A DNA stretch of 24,000 nt, taken from assembly GCA_021774695.1 (NCBI GenBank), contig JAJFIU010000111.1:4182-28181 (forward strand). The letters run 5' to 3'. The translations under genes and the position numbers were made by a program. Within the stretch, counting starts at the first letter, position 1; each line of letters begins with the position of its first letter. Below the pieces are notes generated by a model. That model saw only the letters and a list, made by a program, of their open reading frames with translations. It was not told the origin of the DNA and did not search any database. This document shows positions 1-7,866 of this stretch, in pieces. This stretch comes from Alphaproteobacteria bacterium (GTDB taxonomy: Bacteria; Pseudomonadota; Alphaproteobacteria; Sphingomonadales; Kordiimonadaceae).

Positions 1-399
1 TTTGTTATATTCATAAATAAATACGGCGGCTGAAAAATCGAAATCATAAATTCGGCCTTCCCAGATGAAATGTAATATTTTTCTCATACCCACCATAAGG
101 CCGAGGTGCGCCAGGCTGAACGGCAGCGACATTATCGCCAGAAAAATCACATTCCGGTGCCAATTTATCTTTTGGAACGGAAATTTGGCTATCAGCCAAT
201 AAATAACAGGGATGAGAAGCCCCATCGCCAACTGGCTTGTGGATTCCCATATAAGGAAATACCAATCTGGAATCGAAACGCCCTGTTTTGCCGCATCAAA
301 TTGCAGCGTGGAAACATTTGAATAAACGTTGAATGTTAAAACAAACGTCCAAAAGGCAATGGTTAAATTTCGTTCTCTAGAGCCCAACTTATTCCACAA
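1..399 (-). CDS. Partial (N-terminal part only, continues past window start) polytopic membrane protein. It resembles the membrane sensor N-domain of LytTR-type regulators / LytS-type histidine kinases.
   Basis: Not in the supplied track (no ATG, runs off position 1). The minus frame with codons at 3n+1..3n+3 is open for 134 codons from TGA (403-405) to position 1. Hand translation: LWNKLGSRERNLTIAFWTFVLTFNVYSNVSTLQFDAAKQGVSIPDWYFLIWESTSQLAMGLLIPVIYWLIAKFPFQKINWHRNVIFLAIMSLPFSLAHLGLMVGMRKILHFIWEGRIYDFDFSAAVFIYEYNK. It shows several hydrophobic helices and a YEYxK-type motif that I recall from such sensor domains. Only TTG starts are available (399 or 387). Confidence 0.4.
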   Translation of the reverse strand, partial: MWNKLGSRERNLTIAFWTFVLTFNVYSNVSTLQFDAAKQGVSIPDWYFLIWESTSQLAMGLLIPVIYWLIAKFPFQKINWHRNVIFLAIMSLPFSLAHLGLMVGMRKILHFIWEGRIYDFDFSAAVFIYEYNK

Positions 400-651
400 A
401 CATCAATATTTTTTTGGCACTTCAGCGATTGTGGATACCGTCTTTCATGCGTCCAACAATCCTGCTTTGTTGCCCCATTCGGGAGCATAGTGAAAGGCGC
501 GGAAAATGCAAACTAGCTAATATTTCCAATGGCTGCTTATGGCGAGAAGCGGACATTTCGCAGCGTCATAGCTGAATGACGGCATCTGATTCAAAGCAGC
601 CCCCACACCAGTTAGATCAAGCTAAAACAGACAGCCAATACCCGAAATTAC

Positions 652-1548
652 TTACGCAAGTGCCGTTTCAAATAGTGCGTTCACGCGGGACCATGCTTTT
701 TCAGCTTGCTCCTTGTTGTAGACCGTACTGTCGGGTGGGCACCAGCCGTGCAATGTGCCGGCGTACACTTCAATCTCGGCTGGCACGCCTGCTGCCTTAT
801 ACGCCGCAGCGAGAACATTTTTTGCGTCTGGTCCTCGCTCGTCATCATTTTCGGCGATAGCGTGCAGCACATGCGCTGGCGAGGTTGGGATTAGCAGATG
901 CGGGCTATCTTCCCTATCGGTCACGAGGCCGCCACCATGAAAAGACGCCGCTGCACCAACACGTTCAGGCACAGCCGCGGCGGTGCGCATAATCAGCGGG
1001 CCGCCCATGCAGTATCCCATGGTTCCAACCTTGCGCGAAGTATCAACGCTGTCCTGCGCGTCAAGAAAGCTGATGTAAGCCCGCGCGTCAGACATGCTCG
1101 CATCCTGGGTTAGCTTGCGTGCCATGCCAATCAGGAACTTGCGGGTGTCCGGGTCCTGGAAGCTTGCGCCCTCAGGCACAACAGGTGCTTTGGCGTCACG
1201 GTAGAAGGGATTAACCACCAGCACCGAGTAGCCTTCCGTGGCAAGGCGTTTGCCCATGGCTTTAAACGCAGGCCTCAGCCCCTTGATATCGGGCCACATA
1301 AGCACAGCCGGATGTTTGCCAGAAGACGGCCTGACAAAGTAACAGTCGGAAACACCGTCTGCCCCAGTCCCATTTGCCATCGTCACGCTCACATCCGATT
1401 CTTCAACCACCTCCTGCCCCAGCGCACTGGCAGGAGCCATTAATGTCATAATCGCTGCTGCGCTTAGTTTGCTGAAATCACGCCGATTGAGCGCGCCGCC
1501 AGCTTGCGCAAATTTCTCATTATCTTTTTCTGTCTGTTCGTCGCACAT
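652..1548 (-). CDS. Tat-exported dienelactone hydrolase family protein
   Basis: Track ORF 652..1554. The GTG at 1554 abuts the SD, whereas the ATG at 1548 sits 6 nt after GGGAGGG, so I chose 1548. Twin-arginine signal NRRDFSKLSAAAIMTLMAPASALG. DLH nucleophile motif GYCMGG. C-terminal LHGW histidine. Confidence 0.85.
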   Translation of the reverse strand: MCDEQTEKDNEKFAQAGGALNRRDFSKLSAAAIMTLMAPASALGQEVVEESDVSVTMANGTGADGVSDCYFVRPSSGKHPAVLMWPDIKGLRPAFKAMGKRLATEGYSVLVVNPFYRDAKAPVVPEGASFQDPDTRKFLIGMARKLTQDASMSDARAYISFLDAQDSVDTSRKVGTMGYCMGGPLIMRTAAAVPERVGAAASFHGGGLVTDREDSPHLLIPTSPAHVLHAIAENDDERGPDAKNVLAAAYKAAGVPAEIEVYAGTLHGWCPPDSTVYNKEQAEKAWSRVNALFETALA

Positions 1549-1610
1549 AATCACCCTCCCAAAAAAAACAGCTTACATCGGTGATTGCCGTTTGCACATT
1601 CACTTCAATG

Positions 1611-2495
1611 TTATCTAAATTTTTGGACTTCAGGCCAAAGCGCCGACAGGGTAATAGAGGAGTTTGGATCATGGGATGGCAGGATAACCAAATCAGGCAG
1701 TTGGGCCTTCAGCGCCCGAACTTTGGCATAGCATGACCTTAGAAGTCCCGCGTCGCCAATGCCGGGAACTTGGTCTTTCATCAACAAGTCAACCTGATAA
1801 GTGAGATCCCCCACCAGCAAAAGCGGCGGCTGCCCGGCAGACCGCACCAGCATCGACATTGAGCCCGGTGTATGGCCAGGCGTCGGCAACAGGATCATCG
1901 AGCCATCGCCCATAACATCAAACGCACCGCCGAAGGGAGCCAGAAGCGGGTCATTGGTCGGCGCAAAATCAATGGGATGCCATTTCGCTCCGGGCACCTC
2001 GATATGCTCCTTCAAAATCCATTCACGTTCCGGATGCTCTAACGACAACTGCTGCCATTCATCGCGGCTGACCAGCAGTTCCGCCTGCGGTACATCTGAA
2101 ATGCCGCCGATGTGGTCCCAGTGCAGGTGGGAGACCACAACTTTTTGCACGTCAGTGGGCTCAAACCCTTGTTCCCTCAACTGGTTGCCAAGGGCGTCTT
2201 CGGGCGTGATATGGAAACGAAACAGCCGTTTCAGGAGAAACCGTCCGATAGGGCTGGATATATAATTAGGGTCAGTCGCAGTGGCCGGGTCCATGCCCGC
2301 ATCGAACAGAACAAGGCCGTCCCGGTGTTCAATCACAAAAGCAAGCAGCGGCATGCGGCCCCAGCTGCGCGACGTCAGCACCCACCATAGCTGCGGCAAA
2401 CGGCTACCATAGCGGTGTTCCCGGTGCGATTCGGCCCAACCAGTCATGATCGGCGTGATCCGCTTTATTGCCTGATCTGTTGATTTTAAATCCAC
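1611..2495 (-). CDS. MBL-fold metallo-hydrolase (N-acyl-homoserine-lactonase-like family)
   Basis: Track ORF 1611..2552 starts at a TTG. The GTG at 2495 is preceded by GGAGAGG (2500-2506) with a 4-nt spacer, so I prefer it; the ATGs at 2522 and 2447 lack an SD. Zn-binding HLHWDH (HxHxDH), followed by the GHTPGS His, GDL Asp and PSHD His in the order typical of lactonase-type MBLs. Confidence 0.8.
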   Translation of the reverse strand: MDLKSTDQAIKRITPIMTGWAESHREHRYGSRLPQLWWVLTSRSWGRMPLLAFVIEHRDGLVLFDAGMDPATATDPNYISSPIGRFLLKRLFRFHITPEDALGNQLREQGFEPTDVQKVVVSHLHWDHIGGISDVPQAELLVSRDEWQQLSLEHPEREWILKEHIEVPGAKWHPIDFAPTNDPLLAPFGGAFDVMGDGSMILLPTPGHTPGSMSMLVRSAGQPPLLLVGDLTYQVDLLMKDQVPGIGDAGLLRSCYAKVRALKAQLPDLVILPSHDPNSSITLSALWPEVQKFR

Positions 2496-2640
2496 CTTAC
2501 CTCTCCGGGTAAACGCGCACATCAGCCACGCAGTGTGACCAATGATTATCAACCGAAAATACAGTAATCAGCGGCTGAAAACTTTGACCAAGATCAAAGC
2601 TTTGTTGGTGGTTGATGAGAGGATAGTTTGGTGAGGGTGT

Positions 2641-3741
2641 CTAGCGCGCCGCCACACTGCCACGCAGATAATCCAGCGGGTCAAGCGCGCGGCGGCCCTT
2701 GCGTATCTCAAAATGCAGCTGTGGGTCTGTCACGCCTCCAGTAGAACCTACCCGCGCGATAATCTGGCCTTTGTTGATCTGGTCTCCCTTGTTAACCAAC
2801 AAGCGCTCGTTATGGGCATAGGCGGTCAGCCAGCCGTCTGCGTGCTTCAAGAGCAACAGGTTGCCGTAACCCTCAAGCGCGTTGGAGGCATAGACCACCA
2901 CCCCGGATTCTGCCGAGCGCACCGGTGTGCCCTGCTTGGCCAATATGTTGATGCCGTCATTATGCAAGCCGCCCTCTTTGGGACCAAAGCGCGATGCCAG
3001 TTTGCCGTCTATCGGCCAGCGAAAGCCGCTTTGGCTGCGGGCTGGCGGTGCCGGAAGGGCCACCACCCTGCCTTTTGGCGCAGCTTTGGGCCTACTTGCT
3101 GATGCTGTTTGCCTTGCTGCTGCAGCCGCTGGTGTGGCTCCGCCTGGCAGCGTCAACACCTGGCCAACCGCAAGCCTGTAGGGTTTCCGAATGCCGTTTT
3201 CCCGCATAAGCGCGCTGATATTCACGCCGTAGCGCCGGGATATGCCGTACCCCGTTTCGCCCTTCACCACTGTATGCTGCAGCGCCAGTGGCAGTTTCAG
3301 TTCCTGCCCGATCGCCAATGTGTAGGGTGCGCGCAGGCCATTGGCGGCTATCATGCTGCGCACCGGCACGCCGCTTTTACGGGCCAGTGAATAGAGCGTG
3401 TCGCCTTTCGCAACGCTGATGGTAGCACCGGAGACCGGTGTTTGAACCACACGCTGAGGCGGCACCACCAATATGGGTTTGCCCGTTGAGCGCGGCCGGC
3501 TAACAGCGGACGCACTTATATTGTTAGAGTTTTTGGCATACTGGCGCTTAGGGTTCCAGCGCGGGCTTGGCACCGGCAGCGGCGAGTTCAGCACTCTGTA
3601 TACCGGCTTAATATCGGCTGGCGCCGTTCGGCCAAACGAACAACCGGCAAGTGCTGCGCATAAAGCCAAGACAAAACCGCTTTTCAGCAAGCCAAACACT
3701 GCTCGATTGTCCCTATCCACGCTGGTTACCGCATCCTTCAT
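2641..3741 (-). CDS. nlpD: LysM-domain / M23 peptidase lipoprotein (NlpD/LppB-like murein hydrolase activator)
   Basis: Lipobox LALCAALAGC|S. Two LysM repeats (ISVAKGDTLYSLARKSGV...ELKLP and HTVVKGETGYGISRRYGV...VLTLP). C-terminal M23 core (HNDGINI...GYGNLLLLKHADGWLTAYAHN...PQLHFEIRKG). Confidence 0.9.
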   Translation of the reverse strand: MKDAVTSVDRDNRAVFGLLKSGFVLALCAALAGCSFGRTAPADIKPVYRVLNSPLPVPSPRWNPKRQYAKNSNNISASAVSRPRSTGKPILVVPPQRVVQTPVSGATISVAKGDTLYSLARKSGVPVRSMIAANGLRAPYTLAIGQELKLPLALQHTVVKGETGYGISRRYGVNISALMRENGIRKPYRLAVGQVLTLPGGATPAAAAARQTASASRPKAAPKGRVVALPAPPARSQSGFRWPIDGKLASRFGPKEGGLHNDGINILAKQGTPVRSAESGVVVYASNALEGYGNLLLLKHADGWLTAYAHNERLLVNKGDQINKGQIIARVGSTGGVTDPQLHFEIRKGRRALDPLDYLRGSVAAR

Positions 3742-3771
3742 TTCGAAACGATACTAAGGCATAGCGATAAG

Positions 3772-3808
3772 GGCAATATTTTGTCGGATAAATAATAAAA
3801 TTATGCGG
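3772..3808. repeat. Copy A of a 37-bp direct repeat (GGCAATATTTTGTCGgaTAAATAATAAAATTATGCG)
   Basis: Hand alignment with 6547-6584: 15 identical nt, 2 mismatches, 12 identical, a 1-nt indel, 7 identical. Flanks are unrelated. Lies 31-68 nt upstream of the nlpD ATG. Confidence 0.8.
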
Positions 3809-3909
3809 TTGGCCGAGCGCGAAAGCCTTACAGGCATGTCTGCTAATTCGGTTTTTGACCTATTGCGGGCAGGCTTTTTGCTCCAGAGTTCTACACGTAT
3901 CGCAGGACT

Positions 3910-6345
3910 CTACTCGTACCGAAGTGCGTCAATCGGATTGGCGCGCGCAACTGAAAGCGCGTGAACCGACGTGGTTAGCCACGCCAGTGCCACCGCTGCG
4001 GAGCCCGCCATGAGGAAATAGGTCACACTTAGATCGATCCGGTACGCATATCCCAGCAACCAGTCATTCATAAAATAATAGGCGATCGGCCAGGCGATTA
4101 GGTTGGCTGTCAAAACCGGCACAGAAAACTGCCATACAAGCAAAACAACAATATCAACAATACGCGCACCCAATATCTTGCGAATGCCTATTTCTTTGGT
4201 GCGGCGTTCGGCGGAAAAAGCCGAAAGACCGTATAACCCGAGCGCTGCAATCGAAATGGCGAGGATCGAGAAATATATGAACATGATTAGCTGCTTGTCT
4301 TCGTCGGTATAAAAGGCGCTGATGTCATCTTCGATCATGCTGCGATTAACCGGTGTACCAGGAACCACCTCGGCCCAGACCTTATCGATTGCTGCCAGCG
4401 TCTGCTCTTCTTGCCCCGGGCGAATACGAAGCGTCATGGTATTCAGGATCGATTGCTCGCTTAAAAACAGGCTGGCGAGCGGCGCTGTTTCAGCCGAACG
4501 AACCAATAAATCAGGCACAACACCAACAACCGTGCCCTGCGCAATATCATCTGCGCTGACGGGAAATCCGATAACCTGCCCGAGCGCCTGATCGGCGTCC
4601 GAGAAACCAAACTTTGCAAGCGCGCTTTCATTCAAAACAATTGCGAATGTCAGCGTGCCCTCAATTTGCTCGTCAGAATTGGGGAAAACCAGCTGGTCAG
4701 ACGATATAGTTTCAGAAAAAAGCCGCCCGGCTATGGGGTCAACACCAAAGAAATCAAAGAAATTGGTATCAACCCCTATCGTCTGCACCATTACGCCGTC
4801 AGTGCGGGTTTTATTGGGGGGTATGAACATGGTATTCCAGCCACCGTCGAGCGGCAGGCTAAACTGAGAAAGTGTGGTGCTTTCTACGCCTGGCAGACGC
4901 AGCAGTTCGTTTCGAAGCGTCGCCTTTTGGCTTGTGTTATCACCGTCTAAACCCCTGAGAACCACACGGCTGTCACTTTCGTAGCCAGTATCCAAATTGC
5001 GAGCAAAATTGGTTTGAAAGGTAATTACCAGCGTTGAAATAAACAAAACAATCGAAATCGAAAACTGAATTGCCACCAGTGCTTTACGCAGCATTGCCGG
5101 GCCCTCGGATCCTGACTTATTGGAACGCAGCGTTAAGGCTGGCCTGAAGGAGGACAATATAAAAGCAGGGTACAGCCCAGCTGTCAGCCCAACGCCGAGA
5201 GCAAGCCCAACAAGAGCCAAACCCATCCCACTATTACTCAGAATATCAAGATGCAGGTTCAAGCCTAAGAAACTATTATACCAAGGCAACAGCGTTTCCA
5301 CCAAGGTCAGCGCGAGCAGCAGGCTGACCATCGAGATCAATACTGACTCGCCGAGGAACTGTAAAATTAGCTGATTTCTTTTTGCGCCCAACACTTTACG
5401 CAGGCTGACTTCCCGCGCCCGTTTTGTCGAAAGAGCGGTGGACAAATTCATGAAATTAATGCTGGCAATAACCAGGATCATTACAGCGATCAGGATGAAA
5501 GTTGCCACCAGAGTACTGTCGCCCATTTCCTCAACAGATTTCATGTAGCTTTCAGTTAGCGGCACCAGTGTCAGGTGAATAAATTCGCTGGGCGTGAATG
5601 TCTCTGTTACGCCCACTGTGCGGTCGAGGAAATTTGGAAGTTGCTTTTCAACCAGCGATGGGTCAACGCCGTCCCTCAGCAAAAGATAGACAAAAGTGGT
5701 TGGATCCGACCAGGCCTCAAAACGGGCATCACTCCATCTTGTTTCATCAAACAGGGCGATAAAGTCCGCTTGGAAATGGGTGTTTTGCGGTAAGTTTTCC
5801 ATAACCGCCGCGACCACATAGTCAATGTCGCCAATTACCAGCGATTGGTCGATCGGGTCCTGATCGCCGAAATATTTGATCGCCATGCGTTCGCTGATCA
5901 TTACCGAGGCATTGTTGGCCAGAACGCTGGGCCGATGCCCCTTTATTGCCGGGATATCTAGAACGTTAAAAAAGTTACTATCTACAAACCTGACCGGTTC
6001 ACGGAACTGATTTGGGCCGCGCCGCACAGTGCGTCTTGCATCACGAACCACCCGTGTTACCTGCTCAATCTCAAGCGGGAACGCTGCAGCCGCGGCAGGC
6101 GCGAAGGGGCCAGGTGCCGATGACAGGCTCGGCATATCGCCGCCAGGATTGTGGTAAACTACTTCAGCGCGGTAAATGCGGTCAGCATTGGGCCAGAACT
6201 TATCGAAGCTTAATTCAAACTGAACAAATAACAGGATAAAGGTTGCTGCGGCCATACCCAGCGCCAGTCCGCCAACGTTAATCAAAGAAAACATTTTGTT
6301 TCTTGATAGATTACGAATTGCAGACGCTAGGTAATTTCTAAACAT
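3910..6345 (-). CDS. ABC transporter permease, MacB-like with two FtsX domains. No cognate ATPase in the window.
   Basis: Track ORF 3910..6426. The family N-terminus MFRNYLASAIRNLSRNKMFSLINVGGLALGMA begins at ATG 6345, preceded by GAGG ~9 nt upstream. About 811 aa. One TM helix, then a large periplasmic domain and a 3-4 TM FtsX block, with this layout occurring twice (second FtsX block ...LRKILGARIVDIVVLLVWQF...). Confidence 0.85.
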   Translation of the reverse strand: MFRNYLASAIRNLSRNKMFSLINVGGLALGMAAATFILLFVQFELSFDKFWPNADRIYRAEVVYHNPGGDMPSLSSAPGPFAPAAAAAFPLEIEQVTRVVRDARRTVRRGPNQFREPVRFVDSNFFNVLDIPAIKGHRPSVLANNASVMISERMAIKYFGDQDPIDQSLVIGDIDYVVAAVMENLPQNTHFQADFIALFDETRWSDARFEAWSDPTTFVYLLLRDGVDPSLVEKQLPNFLDRTVGVTETFTPSEFIHLTLVPLTESYMKSVEEMGDSTLVATFILIAVMILVIASINFMNLSTALSTKRAREVSLRKVLGAKRNQLILQFLGESVLISMVSLLLALTLVETLLPWYNSFLGLNLHLDILSNSGMGLALVGLALGVGLTAGLYPAFILSSFRPALTLRSNKSGSEGPAMLRKALVAIQFSISIVLFISTLVITFQTNFARNLDTGYESDSRVVLRGLDGDNTSQKATLRNELLRLPGVESTTLSQFSLPLDGGWNTMFIPPNKTRTDGVMVQTIGVDTNFFDFFGVDPIAGRLFSETISSDQLVFPNSDEQIEGTLTFAIVLNESALAKFGFSDADQALGQVIGFPVSADDIAQGTVVGVVPDLLVRSAETAPLASLFLSEQSILNTMTLRIRPGQEEQTLAAIDKVWAEVVPGTPVNRSMIEDDISAFYTDEDKQLIMFIYFSILAISIAALGLYGLSAFSAERRTKEIGIRKILGARIVDIVVLLVWQFSVPVLTANLIAWPIAYYFMNDWLLGYAYRIDLSVTYFLMAGSAAVALAWLTTSVHALSVARANPIDALRYE

Positions 6346-6546
6346 TTGAGATGCCTCGAGTGTTTTATGATTGAATTTTTGTTTCAAACGCAGTGGTACG
6401 AGGACATGCAGCAAGGGGCGTGCCAAAGAAAATCACTTGGTTAAACGGCGGATTTCCTAGCATTTTAACTATGGACCAAACGTGATCTAGCCACAATGAT
6501 CGAAAGTGAACACAAACTGTACGAAATCGCACACCGTCATTTAGCC

Positions 6547-6584
6547 GGCAATATTTTGTCGTTTAAATAATAAAAATTATGCGA
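6547..6584. repeat. Copy B of the 37-bp direct repeat (GGCAATATTTTGTCGttTAAATAATAAAAATTATGCG)
   Basis: See copy A. Lies in the divergent intergenic region, ~200 nt upstream of the permease ATG (minus) and ~70 nt upstream of the methyltransferase ATG (plus). Confidence 0.8.
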
Positions 6585-6655
6585 ACAGCGTTTGTCACGG
6601 CAGCATCAGTTGAAATTTCTGGTGTGGGCGCACTACCATTGCTATCCTACCGAAC

Positions 6656-7393
6656 ATGAAACAGCTTTATAACACCATCGGCGTTGGCTACGCGAACCTT
6701 CGCAAGCCGGACCCAAGGATAGCGCAAGCGATCAACACTGCCCTGGGCGATGCTGAAACTGTTTTGAATGTTGGTGCTGGAACCGGGTCTTATGAGCCAG
6801 CTGACAGAGTTGTCACTGCCATAGAACCTTCCATTGAAATGATCCGCCAACGCCTGCCCGCCGCACCGAAGGCGCACCAGGGTGTCGCCGAACACCTGCC
6901 GTTCGAAGACAATCAATTTGATGCGGCCATGGCCATTTTAACGGTCCATCACTGGTCCGATGTGGAAGCCGGGCTTGTTGAGATGCGCCGTGTTACAAAA
7001 AACCGGCTGGTGATCCTGTCGTTCGACCCCGCCGCCCCCTATTTTTGGCTGGCAGACTATATTCCTGAGATCATCGCAATTGATCAGCCAATTATGCCCA
7101 AACTCAGCGAGTTTGCGCGTATTCTCGGCAAAACCGAAATCACGCCGATCCCCATACCGCATGACTGCACTGACGGGTTTCTGGGAGCCTACTGGCGACG
7201 CCCGCGCGCCTACCTGAATCCGCTGGTGCGCGCCGCCATCTCAACTTTCCCGAAGCTGGACGATATTTCAGGCCCTTTGGCTACACTGGAAAGCGACCTG
7301 AACTCAGGCGTTTGGGAGGCGAAACATGGCCACCTGATGGAACAGGATAGCCTGGACATCGGCTACCGCCTAATCGTTGCAGACTGTTCCTAG
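6656..7393 (+). CDS. Class I SAM-dependent methyltransferase (Methyltransf_11-like)
   Basis: SAM-binding motif I VLNVGAGTGSY, acidic loop AIEPS, motif post-II FDAAMAILTVHHW. 245 aa. Confidence 0.85.
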   Translation: MKQLYNTIGVGYANLRKPDPRIAQAINTALGDAETVLNVGAGTGSYEPADRVVTAIEPSIEMIRQRLPAAPKAHQGVAEHLPFEDNQFDAAMAILTVHHWSDVEAGLVEMRRVTKNRLVILSFDPAAPYFWLADYIPEIIAIDQPIMPKLSEFARILGKTEITPIPIPHDCTDGFLGAYWRRPRAYLNPLVRAAISTFPKLDDISGPLATLESDLNSGVWEAKHGHLMEQDSLDIGYRLIVADCS

Positions 7394-7704
7394 CGCACCG
7401 GATATCGAGTTTGAGGGGAGGTCTTTATGATCCTGTTTTATAGACCGCGCACGGTGTCAATATGTGCGATCAACTCATCTGTACGCGCCAACTGATCGTC
7501 AATCATACCAAGCAGGAAACCAGCGTAATTTTTTTCAGCGGTCAGCAATTTTAAAAACTGCGGATTATCGGCATTTTCGACAAATTCATTTATTGCAGTT
7601 TGTGACTGTGCCGTCAGAGGCAGAAGTTCAAAATCTGTTTGTCCAAGTGCGCCTGCCCTGCTCGGTAACGCGCCTGCATGTAATACCCCCTAAAAAGAGC
7701 CTCG

Positions 7705-7744
7705 TGGTCTTGACATTTGTACCCCATGGTCTTGACATTTATAC
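7705..7744 (+). promoter_or_regulatory. Tandem 18-nt boxes TGGTCTTGACATTT(G/A)TAC spaced 22 bp apart, each containing a consensus TTGACA. Candidate operator/promoter region upstream of the lyase gene.
   Basis: 7705-7722 and 7727-7744 differ at one position. TTGACA at 7710-7715 and 7732-7737. No good -10 at 16-18 nt from either, so the promoter role is uncertain. Confidence 0.4.
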
Positions 7745-7866
7745 AGGGAGCTCGTAGCTCAGTCATATTAACTCGGGCGTTGAGCGCGGCAAGCTAACCA
7801 AATAGCAGGCAACCGCAGCGCGAAGCCCCGGTTCGTCTTATCGGGGCCAATTTATGGAGCCTCGAG

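Noticed and set aside
44-321. Track ORFs 44..265 (-) and 106..321 (+)
   Set aside because: Neither looks protein-like. A third frame (minus, open to the window edge) gives a coherent membrane protein and is preferred.
2582-2599. CTTTGA-6 nt-TCAAAG hairpin followed by TTTT on the minus strand after nlpD, as an intrinsic terminator
   Set aside because: The stem is 6 bp and AT-rich and the U-tract is short, so it is too weak to call.
3766-3773. Shared 8-mer ATAAGGGC at both island edges (3766-3773 and 13730-13737) as a possible att core
   Set aside because: One 8-mer match between two ~200-bp regions is about what chance predicts, and there is no extended similarity.
6346-6426. N-terminal extensions offered by the ORF track (permease to 6426, acr3 from 9612, scpB to 18801, scpA to 19519, MBL to 2552, DLH to 1554)
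   Set aside because: The extensions use TTG or GTG, or overlap upstream genes or pseudogenes. They lack an SD and add non-homologous residues ahead of the family-typical N-termini. Internal starts with better SD or coupling context were chosen.
6656-7393. The methyltransferase as a displaced pcm (protein-L-isoaspartate O-methyltransferase)
   Set aside because: It is on the wrong strand for the surE operon. Its length and motifs (Methyltransf_11-type, no PCM pre-motif I or C-terminal PVG region) do not fit PCM.
7464-7757. 97-aa plus-strand ORF between the methyltransferase and tnaA
   Set aside because: The sequence is not protein-like and has no SD. The opposite strand carries a more plausible (though start-less) gene remnant.
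7746-7764. tRNA-like string GGGAGCTCGTAGCTCAGTC (acceptor/D-arm look-alike) upstream of tnaA, a possible island att remnant
   Set aside because: Only ~19 nt resemble a tRNA 5' end. The D-loop/AGAGC, anticodon arm and T-arm (GTTCGAATC-type) are absent downstream, so it cannot be distinguished from chance.
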